Virus record (IMG/VR): IMGVR_UViG_3300049166_000023
Coordinates: 1-26,916 of that record
Source of the DNA: a virus
Lineage: Duplodnaviria > Caudoviricetes
DNA: 26,916 nt
Direction: 5' to 3' (one strand)
Made by a program: the position numbers and the translations under genes. Of this stretch, positions 17,137 through 25,490 are shown piece by piece (the first letter of the stretch is position 1; every line of letters begins with the position of its first letter). Under the pieces are notes generated by a model. That model made no database searches and was not told where the DNA came from. It worked only from the letters and a program-made list of their open reading frames with translations.

Positions 17137-17337
17137 CTAATCATCAATTTCTACATCTTCATAAACTTGATCATACCAATAATCTAAAATGGCACTCTTG
17201 ATATCATCAGTCATATGTTCTTCTTTATCTAACATTTCACCGAACTTATCAAACTCTCTAGCAATCAACTCTTTATCACTCATTTTCTTATCCATATGCT
17301 CACCACTCATCATCATTTTGCATATGTGATAAATCAA
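17137..17337 (-). CDS. Small acidic hypothetical protein (true start probably MDKKM)
   Basis: ORF track; co-oriented and tightly packed with neighbours. Confidence 0.55.
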   Translation of the reverse strand: MIYHICKMMMSGEHMDKKMSDKELIAREFDKFGEMLDKEEHMTDDIKSAILDYWYDQVYEDVEIDD

Positions 17338-17527
17338 TAAACGGATACTGCTGCCAACGCTGAAAAGGATCTTCTACAAAATAAAACCGATCATTATTCT
17401 CCTCATCTATGACAACCGGCACTGTATTCCATTCACACTTGTTTCCTGATTCACCCATACATTGCTCATTATCTTTAAACCTAGCAAAAGCACCGCATTC
17501 TAAACAGTAATAAAAATTACGCTTCAT
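17300..17527 (-). CDS. Small Cys-rich (zinc-ribbon-like) protein
   Basis: CLECG...C.....KC; AAGGAGAGG RBS. Confidence 0.65.
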   Translation of the reverse strand: MKRNFYYCLECGAFARFKDNEQCMGESGNKCEWNTVPVVIDEENNDRFYFVEDPFQRWQQYPFIDLSHMQNDDEW

Positions 17528-17619
17528 GACCTCTCCTTTTGTCCGCTTTGATATGTAATGACAATATCCCTTTTCTCACTCTCACATGGCTTACAATAGC
17601 TCTTATCGTCAATCACCAT
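17524..17619 (-). CDS. Possible 31-aa CxxC peptide or gene remnant
   Basis: MVIDDKSYCKPCESEKRDIVITYQSGQKERS; ATGA overlap with the next gene; no clear RBS. Confidence 0.3.
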   Translation of the reverse strand: MVIDDKSYCKPCESEKRDIVITYQSGQKERS

Positions 17620-17623
17620 ACAA

Positions 17624-18145
17624 TTAGTGCAATACTGTAAATTCTTGACCTTCATCTAGCTCAACCTCGCATAATTTCCTAATATCAGCACTCAGCCACT
17701 CATTACCTTCTATAAGCTTCCTGGCAATAAAATAATATAAATCTGAATCAAAAGTAGGTTCATTATCAGAGCGTATGTAATTTATATATTGATCTGCATA
17801 TGCAATTTCATCGCCAAAGAATATCCGAATGTTACTCTCAATCAATTCATCAACAAATTGTTCTATCTGATCCACTACAACACATGCTGCTAAAACGTTA
17901 TCCGTATAGCCCAATGATAATGTTGGATTAAAAATATACTCACCATCTAAAAAACAGAATTTTTCAAGAAAGCTCATATTAATAGCCTTGTCCTCTATAT
18001 ACTCCCTGAACGTTTCATTAACTGACTCAATCTTTGCAAGCTCATCCATACACTCATGTTCATTTGAAGCTACAAATAAGCGAACATCATCATCTAAATT
18101 TTCTATATCTTCATTCGCAACTAAAAACAAATATTTTTTACTCAA
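17624..18145 (-). CDS. Acidic hypothetical protein
   Basis: GGGGAG RBS with TTG start; 173 aa. Confidence 0.7.
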   Translation of the reverse strand: MSKKYLFLVANEDIENLDDDVRLFVASNEHECMDELAKIESVNETFREYIEDKAINMSFLEKFCFLDGEYIFNPTLSLGYTDNVLAACVVVDQIEQFVDELIESNIRIFFGDEIAYADQYINYIRSDNEPTFDSDLYYFIARKLIEGNEWLSADIRKLCEVELDEGQEFTVLH

Positions 18146-18146
18146 A

Positions 18147-18569
18147 TTAATAACTCCCCTTAATTTTCAATTTTGAAGTATACTTTTTCTTCTGTTTCTC
18201 TTCATCTCTTTTTTCTTTTTCTAAATATCGTTTAACCGCTTCAAGCTCTTCTTCACTTGGCTCCTCATATACTTCTTCTGGAGTTGTCACTCTTAATTGT
18301 TCATCCTTCTGAGTAGCTTCAATTGGTTTTTGTTCAACAGCTTCATCCTCTATAGGCTTCACAAGAGGTTTATCTGTGCTTTGCAGGTAACATTTTATAT
18401 ATTCCAACTCTTTAAGTATCATTTCATTCTCATCCATAAGCCTATTTATAAAAGGCAATATCCCACCAAACAAATGATCATTAGCTTCCTTCGACTTTTT
18501 ATATAGCAATCTATCCAACTCATAAAAACTCATTTCCGCAACTTTATATTCTCTGTCTGTTTTTCTCAT
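18147..18569 (-). CDS. Hypothetical protein
   Basis: AAAGGA RBS; 140 aa, charged. Confidence 0.7.
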   Translation of the reverse strand: MRKTDREYKVAEMSFYELDRLLYKKSKEANDHLFGGILPFINRLMDENEMILKELEYIKCYLQSTDKPLVKPIEDEAVEQKPIEATQKDEQLRVTTPEEVYEEPSEEELEAVKRYLEKEKRDEEKQKKKYTSKLKIKGSY

Positions 18570-18826
18570 TTTTTCATCTATCCTTTCGGCTCTAATTTAT
18601 ATTTATAAAACTAAGAGGATTGCAATTCGTGGAACACATGAACAGAGCTAGATAAAAATACCTAGCTCACTGTCTCTCATGTGCAATAAAAACTTAATTA
18701 AATTGGAGGAAATACAATAATGAAAATTACTAAAAATTCTCAAATTGTACAAATTCAACCTTATGTTTAACGACCGAGGAAGAATAGGGCGACTGCAAGA
18801 AATATCAGCCGATACGGTCAAGATTA

Positions 18827-19039
18827 TTACCTATATCTACTTTCCCATTGTTCTGTTTGAAGTATCACATTTTTTATTTTCTGCTCAGTAGATACACTCA
18901 ACGTTGATTTAAAATTAAACCATTGAGAAAGTGCTGAACCTGAAACACCGATAGATTCAGATATCTCTCTATATCGAATTCTTTTTAAACGTCTTGTTTG
19001 ATCAAGTTCTATAATTTCATTTTTTGTTAGTCGTTTCAT
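18827..19039 (-). CDS. Small XRE/Cro-like HTH protein (70 aa)
   Basis: IRYREISESIGVSGSALSQWF; GGAGGGAG RBS gives start MKRLTK. Confidence 0.8.
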   Translation of the reverse strand: MKRLTKNEIIELDQTRRLKRIRYREISESIGVSGSALSQWFNFKSTLSVSTEQKIKNVILQTEQWESRYR

Positions 19040-19085
19040 TTCACTCCCTCCTTCTTTTTGGATTATCAATAATACTATTTAAGTA

Positions 19086-19394
19086 AATTTTATTAAGTTT
19101 AAAAAGAGAACAGGCAGGAGATTAATCAGAACCTGTTCTTCTAAAGACTTAGTAAGCATGGCTACTTACTAAAGTTAATAACATATGGAAATGGGCGAGA
19201 TTAACTTAAAGCTTTACATTCGTAATATATCATGTTATGATATATTTACGGAATCGTATAAACTTTATTAAGTTAAAAAGAAAGGTATCACTACACACCG
19301 TATAGGTTATCGTGCTACCCTCTCCATAAGGCGAACTTTATTAACATAAAAAAACCTTGAAAATCTAGCTAAAACACTAGTTTTTTTCAAGGTT
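19086..19394 (-). repeat. Array of three terminator-like hairpins, each followed by a 14-bp near-palindrome AACTTTATTAAGTT, plus extra hairpins
   Basis: Motif copies at 19086-19099, 19261-19274 and 19334-19347; hairpins at about 19106-19140, 19149-19172, 19172-19207, 19218-19254, 19280-19322 and 19353-19394. Confidence 0.7.
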
Positions 19395-19401
19395 CACTTT
19401 T

Positions 19402-22107
19402 CTATTGGTGTGAATTTTTTGACTTAAATGCGTTCAAGAAAACTTCTCGTTGTGTCGAATGTAAAATATTCAACAATTTAATCGCATCTTCACTATTATC
19501 TTTGATCATTCGCATTAAGATAGCACACATCGTATCTTCTTTCACATTTAATTTTTCAATATGAAAATTGTAGTATTTAACAATATTTTTGATGCGATTG
19601 TTACGCTCATCCTCATCTCGAATACTGCTATATGCATTTTTTATATTACTACTGTATTTCTTTACGTTATCTCTTATCTTCTTTTGCTGGTGGCGGTTAG
19701 CTTGTTTTACTTTATGCATCACCAGCAAGCTTCTGAAATCAACATTCTCTCGTTTAGTTGCATATTCTAAATTACCTAATTCTTGAGCAAGATAATCCAT
19801 CGGACATCTGTAATATTTAACTCTATTTCTAATAGTGTCGCTTTCACTTATGAACTGCCAAAATTTAGGCTTCCTTTCAGCTAATTCAGGTAATTCTTCA
19901 ATATGCTCAATCTCATCTTTAATATTGATTTTATAAAGCTTTTTACTCAGGTCAATGACTACACCGGATAAAACTGTTAGAACATCAGTCTTCTTCAACA
20001 ACCTTTCGAGCTTCCTTCCTTTCAACCCTTTATCTTTAAGATCCCAATATGTCGATAAACAAAATTGACCTAAATTTACCACATCTCCAATTTTCTTTGA
20101 GCTTTCAGCTAAGGTATTATCAATTTCACACATACTCGTTTTATTTAAGCTATATTGCTTCTTTTCACTTTCCAATTTATTAATACAGACACGATATCCC
20201 TTCTTACAATCCTGAGCAATAACTTTCAATTTTTCGCTATCAATCAGAAGCACCGTATCTGAGTCATAGTCGCAGCCTGATAAAGTATCCTGCAATGGAT
20301 ATTCCCAAGCGTTAACTGCCACAATATTCTTACTAAAATTAAAATACTGTTCTAACTTATCATTATCCGTATTCTTAGCTAATAAAACGTTACTCGGACT
20401 GGTATTAGGATTTCTAAACCCTACCAATTCAATTCCAAAATCAAATAATTTTGTATGTACCTCATTACCTTCAAGCGTTAATACTGGATTATCAATATCA
20501 AATTCTCCAATACTATGTAGAAGCATTTCGTAAGGATTGCCGACCATGACACAATAGTCTGCTTTAGGAATACGAACCTTTCCACTTTTGACTTTTTTAC
20601 CATAATCATAGATTTCCTTAGAACGAAACTCCCTGAAAATTTCAGTATGTACAATATCATTATTTTGTATATATAGATCAACCAACATCTGATTACTATT
20701 CATTTCATTAGCATTTTTTTCAAGATGTTTTATGAAATGGTCATCATTCTCTTTTAAGTCCATTATGTAGTTTCTCTCATAGCTTGCAAGCTCAGCGACT
20801 TCATCTTTACTTAGCGGTAAGCAATTAATCATTTGGTAAGAAAGTGATTGAAGTATATTACCCTCTTCATCTGTTCCGTGTTTGGATTGCTTTTCATGCT
20901 TGCAAATTCCAAAGGAACAACCTTCATCACTGACTAGCTGTTTCCAATGCTGAAACATTTTATCGTTTAATTTCCTCACAACTTCCTTATCTTTAAGATT
21001 GTCACCTTCTTCAGCAAAGACATGACTGAACTTAAGACATTTAAGGCTAGAAGGAGTCGTTATCATGTGAACGTCCTTTGCATGAATCGTATTACCGAAC
21101 ATGTCAGTAAGCTCCCATTTATCATAAGCAATATCATCTGGACAGTTATCTTCAAGAAACTGCTGAATATTAGTATTAAACGCTGCTGATTTAAAGAAAT
21201 GGTGACGTAATAGCTTCATTGATCCAACATCATCATAATATTGCTCATCCAGCAATGATTGTCCATCAAATAAACTATTGCTAACTTTAACATTCTCTTT
21301 GAAGCTGTCTAGAAGCTTACTCTTCTTATCAGTTTTTACTACATTACATACCTCATCAAATTCACTCTCAATATCATCCACCACAAGAATGTTGTTAGGA
21401 TTAATTTTAATCGTTTCTTCAATACTCGAACCAACAAGAGACTCATAAGCAAGTAGGCTAGCTAAATCAATTGGTTGATCTTCTTTGAATGGCAAGTACA
21501 TTCTTGACCAATCAATCATTTCGTCATAAAGCTCTTCTCGGATAAACAACACCTGTCCAGTGCGACTTTTTGAGCTAGAGCGCCTATAAACCTTATAGAC
21601 AATTTCTTCAACTTCGTGTGTCTTTTCATCTACAAATTTAATCGTAAAGCCATTCTCATAAAGATATTCTCTCAAGTCATCATTTTTAATCTCTTTCCAT
21701 TTCTCCTTATAAACTTCGGGATCAGTTTTTTCACTTTCTATATAACTAATGAAGTCTTCAAGAGTTTTCTTGTAGTTCTTTAGCTTATCCTTTTTTTCTT
21801 CAGTTTCAGAATTAGCTATCTTCTTATCTTGTTTTCTAATTTTACTTTTACATGCTTGAATAATCTGATCTCCCGACTTAACCTTTTGTTTAAATTTCAC
21901 ATTGATTATGTCATTGCTAATTTCTTTGTCACTGGTTTTAACAGGCATTGTTGACAATCCTTCATCCTTCACCTTCATCAATTCTAGACTATGCGGTATC
22001 ATTCCCACGTAATCAAGATTAACTTCTTTATCTCTGAACACGTGACCGTAAATATCATTTCCCTCAAGACTTAATATGTATACTTGCTTATTGTTGTTTG
22101 CTTCCAA
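19402..22107 (-). CDS. Single-subunit two-barrel RNA polymerase, YonO-like (related to eukaryotic RdRP), 901 aa
   Basis: RRSSSKSRTGQ, SLFDGQ, LLRHHFFKSAAF, SYQMIN, FRNPN, catalytic GCDYDSD (DxDxD at 20257-20271), IGDVVN and VIDLSKK motifs in RdRP/YonO order; AAGGAG RBS with TTG start. Confidence 0.85.
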   Translation of the reverse strand: MEANNNKQVYILSLEGNDIYGHVFRDKEVNLDYVGMIPHSLELMKVKDEGLSTMPVKTSDKEISNDIINVKFKQKVKSGDQIIQACKSKIRKQDKKIANSETEEKKDKLKNYKKTLEDFISYIESEKTDPEVYKEKWKEIKNDDLREYLYENGFTIKFVDEKTHEVEEIVYKVYRRSSSKSRTGQVLFIREELYDEMIDWSRMYLPFKEDQPIDLASLLAYESLVGSSIEETIKINPNNILVVDDIESEFDEVCNVVKTDKKSKLLDSFKENVKVSNSLFDGQSLLDEQYYDDVGSMKLLRHHFFKSAAFNTNIQQFLEDNCPDDIAYDKWELTDMFGNTIHAKDVHMITTPSSLKCLKFSHVFAEEGDNLKDKEVVRKLNDKMFQHWKQLVSDEGCSFGICKHEKQSKHGTDEEGNILQSLSYQMINCLPLSKDEVAELASYERNYIMDLKENDDHFIKHLEKNANEMNSNQMLVDLYIQNNDIVHTEIFREFRSKEIYDYGKKVKSGKVRIPKADYCVMVGNPYEMLLHSIGEFDIDNPVLTLEGNEVHTKLFDFGIELVGFRNPNTSPSNVLLAKNTDNDKLEQYFNFSKNIVAVNAWEYPLQDTLSGCDYDSDTVLLIDSEKLKVIAQDCKKGYRVCINKLESEKKQYSLNKTSMCEIDNTLAESSKKIGDVVNLGQFCLSTYWDLKDKGLKGRKLERLLKKTDVLTVLSGVVIDLSKKLYKINIKDEIEHIEELPELAERKPKFWQFISESDTIRNRVKYYRCPMDYLAQELGNLEYATKRENVDFRSLLVMHKVKQANRHQQKKIRDNVKKYSSNIKNAYSSIRDEDERNNRIKNIVKYYNFHIEKLNVKEDTMCAILMRMIKDNSEDAIKLLNILHSTQREVFLNAFKSKNSHQ

Positions 22108-22153
22108 ATAATCGACTCCTTAAGTTGTAATTTAGTATGTAAAGATCAAGTTC

Positions 22154-22260
22154 AAAAGAAAGACCTTGGGGGCTCCACCATCTAAATTTTTTTCTCCGCT
22201 ACGCTACAAAAAAATTTTACCTCAGCAGCCCCCAAACCCCCGCTGAATAGTCTTTCTTTT
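22154..22260. other. Nested inverted-repeat structure; candidate replication origin or single-strand initiation site
   Basis: Three nested arm pairs (AAAAGAAAGAC, TTGGGGGCT, AAATTTTTTT) closing a loop that contains TAGCGT on the minus strand. Confidence 0.55.
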
Positions 22261-22350
22261 AGTTGTTAAATATGTAATATTAAAATTTGACACTTTGAGT
22301 ACCTAGCAGTATTTTATGTATTTACTAGTAGGCTAAGGTGTCATATTTTT

Positions 22351-23445
22351 TCAACAGAATAAATCATCTAACTCATTAGCGATATTATGTGTGATTTCAT
22401 TCGGTAGTGTTGGTTCTAGCTCTATTTTCCTAACCTCATGAACTATGTTGGTTGATCCTGCTTTTATAAGAACATGTAGTAACTTTTCTGTGTCTTCTAT
22501 GTAATTATCTTCAACTCGGCAATCACTTGTTTTTAAAGTGCCCCATACTGCCTCGTTTTCCTTTATTGCCTTTTTTCGTCTTTCGTTGGCATTATGTAAA
22601 AATTTATTTATTACCGTTTCGTTTAATTTGCCTTTCTGAATATCAACATCTTTCAGAAGAAGATCCAATATACTGTTATATGTTGAGAGAATCCCTTTTT
22701 GATTAAGAGTTATATCGTATGCAGAGTAATAAAAATCAATTTCAAAAGCATTATCATTATGTATCTTTTCTTTCACACGTTGCTTAAAGTCAAACCATTT
22801 ATTTGTACCTACCACATCTGAAACTTTATGTATTTTCGCTCCAAGAAACTCAGTATTCATTTCATCTAACACTTCTCGTTCGCAACTGATTATAAATTCC
22901 TCTTCATCTACATCAGCTATTTCATGCTTATATTCATCTAAACGCTTAATCATTATTGCCTTTTTGAAAAAGATACACCGTCTATCTTCAAGGCTTTTTA
23001 GCGCTCGTTTAATAGTCCCTCTGAAACTCGAATCACTTGAGTTATAAAAATCATAGACAATCGCTCGATTAACATTGATATGCTGCGCAAACTTTGGTAT
23101 CATTCGACCACACTCAGAATAATTCGAGTTAGCCATGTTCATAGTCCGCAATAGTTGATTATTAGTCTTCACTATCCGTTTTTCCTTATTGCGTGCTAAT
23201 AAATCTAAAATAAGTAGTTCAACAAGGCGAATAAAGTCTGAACCGTTTTTAAGTTTTGGTTTAGGTTTCTCGTATATCTCTTCGATAATAAACGAGTGTC
23301 CTTTTTTGGAGTATCGAAAGTAACGTTCCAAGTCCAATAGTTGATATTTTTTACCTTTACCAGCTTTAATGGGAATTTCCAACTCAGCACACAAAGCCTT
23401 GTAGTTTTTTATTACTTGCCCTTCTCCTAGATTGCTAACCTTCAA
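22351..23445 (-). CDS. Hypothetical DNA-binding protein (364 aa), possible replication protein
   Basis: Basic N-terminal domain KNYKALCAELEIPIKAG..K..QL; lies directly upstream of the origin-like hairpins. Confidence 0.65.
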   Translation of the reverse strand: MKVSNLGEGQVIKNYKALCAELEIPIKAGKGKKYQLLDLERYFRYSKKGHSFIIEEIYEKPKPKLKNGSDFIRLVELLILDLLARNKEKRIVKTNNQLLRTMNMANSNYSECGRMIPKFAQHINVNRAIVYDFYNSSDSSFRGTIKRALKSLEDRRCIFFKKAIMIKRLDEYKHEIADVDEEEFIISCEREVLDEMNTEFLGAKIHKVSDVVGTNKWFDFKQRVKEKIHNDNAFEIDFYYSAYDITLNQKGILSTYNSILDLLLKDVDIQKGKLNETVINKFLHNANERRKKAIKENEAVWGTLKTSDCRVEDNYIEDTEKLLHVLIKAGSTNIVHEVRKIELEPTLPNEITHNIANELDDLFC

Positions 23446-23503
23446 TTGACCACTCCTTATTTAGATTAGAGGGGCGGTTAAGCCCCCATATGTTATGTAT
23501 GTA

Positions 23504-23701
23504 TTAAAAATTAAGCTTTGATTCTAATTCCCTTTTTACTTTTTCAAGAGGTTCACATCTCTCTACAAGTTCCACTTTAGTCATTTTTCTTTCTTCGTGA
23601 TACTTATCCAAAATTTCTTTTTTCTCATTAGAAACATCGATCATTTCATCAAGAGTTGACACATCTTCTTTTAACTTGTTTAACTTTTCAATTGGGTTCA
23701 T
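23504..23701 (-). CDS. Small coiled-coil hypothetical protein
   Basis: GGAGG RBS; TAATG coupling to the upstream gene. Confidence 0.7.
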   Translation of the reverse strand: MNPIEKLNKLKEDVSTLDEMIDVSNEKKEILDKYHEERKMTKVELVERCEPLEKVKRELESKLNF

Positions 23702-24261
23702 TAGTTGTTCCCTCCATCTTTATTAGTTTGCATCCAATCACCTAATACTTGTTTCGCCGCCTCATCGTACTCATCAGAAAAATTAGTTCTAACAAACTCT
23801 TGTACTTCAATTCCACTCACTTCACGATCACTATTGGTTAAATTATCGAAAACAGCTAATTGGATTTTATCATTTTCTAACGCATGGTTCAGAACATCAG
23901 ATTCAATATCAGTTAAACTTTTAGTTGCTTTCATAGCTTTTCGATAATTATCGAAATATCTTTCACTAGCCTCATCGGCTCCGAATTCCACAAGACATGT
24001 CTCAATTTCATCTAAATGTTCTTGAAAATCAGGATTTTTCTTCAATCCCTTTAAATGAGCAACATAATGTTCATGTAAATCCTCATTATTTTCAAGGAAT
24101 TCATTGAATATTGCATAATCTCTTTGAAGACTCTCCTTCTGTTCAATAAGCATTTTAATAAAATCTTTCTGCATTGCTACTAGCTCCAGTAATTGATCCT
24201 CATTAGTCATTTCTCTTACAACTTGCTCCATGTTTGTTGAATCTGCGTTATAAATTTTCAT
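23701..24261 (-). CDS. Acidic helical hypothetical protein
   Basis: GGAGG RBS favours the MKIYNAD start at 24261. Confidence 0.7.
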   Translation of the reverse strand: MKIYNADSTNMEQVVREMTNEDQLLELVAMQKDFIKMLIEQKESLQRDYAIFNEFLENNEDLHEHYVAHLKGLKKNPDFQEHLDEIETCLVEFGADEASERYFDNYRKAMKATKSLTDIESDVLNHALENDKIQLAVFDNLTNSDREVSGIEVQEFVRTNFSDEYDEAAKQVLGDWMQTNKDGGNN

Positions 24262-24387
24262 TTTGTTTTCCTCCATGATTTTTAATTTTATTTACCATTG
24301 ACCAGTACAATAAGTACGACTAGGGTCGATCTATTACTCTCACATTGTAATCACCCCCAAGAAAAGTTAACTTTTTAAATAAAACTA

Positions 24388-24416
24388 TTGCATGTAGCCC
24401 TAAATCTTGATATATT
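24388..24416 (+). promoter_or_regulatory. Antisense SigA-type promoter within the early leader
   Basis: TTGCAT-17-TATATT with extended TGn. Confidence 0.45.
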
Positions 24417-24542
24417 ATTATTACAACAAAACAACATTTACCTTATTCCTCCCCGATTCATTAATACTGGGGTTCATATCAAGTTTTCAAAGAGCTATTC
24501 ATTCCCAAAAATGAATACAGTAACTTTTGTCTAGTTATGTTA

Positions 24543-24572
24543 ACAATATACTAGTCTTATTTTAGTTGTCAA
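24543..24572 (-). promoter_or_regulatory. SigA-type promoter for the early operon leading to the RNA polymerase gene
   Basis: TTGACA then TATATT (16-nt spacer) or TATTGT (18-nt spacer); upstream A/T tract. Confidence 0.55.
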
Positions 24573-24596
24573 TAAAAAAATAATAGTTTGATAGAT

Positions 24597-24740
24597 TTAT
24601 AATAGAAATTCTTTTACATACTCCTCTTCTGTTTCTACAGTTTGATTGAATTCCTCATTTGCTACTTTAAGTGCTTCGTGATCTGATTCAGTTAAGGCTT
24701 GGTATGCTAGTGTAAATTGTGCTGCGATTGATTGGGTCAA
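24597..24740 (-). CDS. Small acidic protein (47 aa, not in ORF track)
   Basis: Perfect AAAGGAGGTGA RBS with TTG; MTQSIAAQFTLAYQALTESDHEALKVANEEFNQTVETEEEYVKEFLL. Confidence 0.7.
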   Translation of the reverse strand: MTQSIAAQFTLAYQALTESDHEALKVANEEFNQTVETEEEYVKEFLL

Positions 24741-24773
24741 GAATTGTCACCTCCTTTGATTAATAAAAATTAT

Positions 24774-25244
24774 TTATCCAATGTTGTTCCCTTTTTGTTT
24801 CTCCTTCAAATTCCTCTTTAGCATTTCTTCAAGTGAACCACTCTTAATCATTTTACTCATTAATTCCGTAGTATTTAGCTTAGATTTACCTTCTTCAAAT
24901 TGAGTTAGGTTCATATCAAGTAAAGTCAATTCATTACTTCTAATTGCCTTCATAAATAACTGTAATCGATATAAATTCTCTTCTTCTTTAGTTTTTATTT
25001 CTCCATCAAATTCACGTTCAAATTTAATTAACAATATATCAATTTGATCTAATATTGAAATGTCTTCCTGTAAATAAGCAGGGGGTAAACCAAAGTATTC
25101 AACTAACTGATCTAATCTTTGCTCTGGTATAGCTCTTCTTCCCTTAATCCAATCCTGAATAGTTGGCTGTGATACACCTAAAATAGTTGCAAGCTCCTTT
25201 CTTTTTACTTCAAAGGTTTCAATAACAAACTCTAAGCCAATCAT
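24774..25244 (-). CDS. XRE-family HTH repressor-like protein (156 aa)
   Basis: KRKELATILGVSQPTIQDWIKGRRAIP; GGGAGTGA RBS gives start MIGLEF. Confidence 0.85.
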   Translation of the reverse strand: MIGLEFVIETFEVKRKELATILGVSQPTIQDWIKGRRAIPEQRLDQLVEYFGLPPAYLQEDISILDQIDILLIKFEREFDGEIKTKEEENLYRLQLFMKAIRSNELTLLDMNLTQFEEGKSKLNTTELMSKMIKSGSLEEMLKRNLKEKQKGNNIG

Positions 25245-25256
25245 AACTTCACTCCC

Positions 25257-25311
25257 TGACACGTTTTCGTGGCTATAAACACATATTACACCTGCCACGA
25301 AAATATGTCAA
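25257..25311 (-). promoter_or_regulatory. SigA promoter overlapped by an inverted-repeat operator
   Basis: TTGACA-17-TAATAT; arms TGACACGTTTTCGTGGC (25257-25273) and GCCACGAAAATATGTCA (25294-25310). Confidence 0.75.
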
Positions 25312-25490
25312 CAACACCATTTGATAATATTCATTTTACTTTTTTCATCTTTTCAGAAAACGACCATTTAAACTGCCAGAGGGATCAACTTACAATATAT
25401 ACTCCAAAGATAACAACAAGCTCATAGCACCAGTAAACAATATAAACCACTCTATACTTTCCAAACGTCTAATGTAGCGTTCTACAAGCC

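Noticed and set aside
19086-19394. CRISPR array interpretation of the repeats
   Set aside because: Only three 14-bp degenerate copies with irregular spacing, and no cas genes
19402-22107. Reverse transcriptase or viral right-hand RdRP
   Set aside because: No YxDD or GDD palm motif in the expected context; the motifs fit the two-barrel DxDxD family
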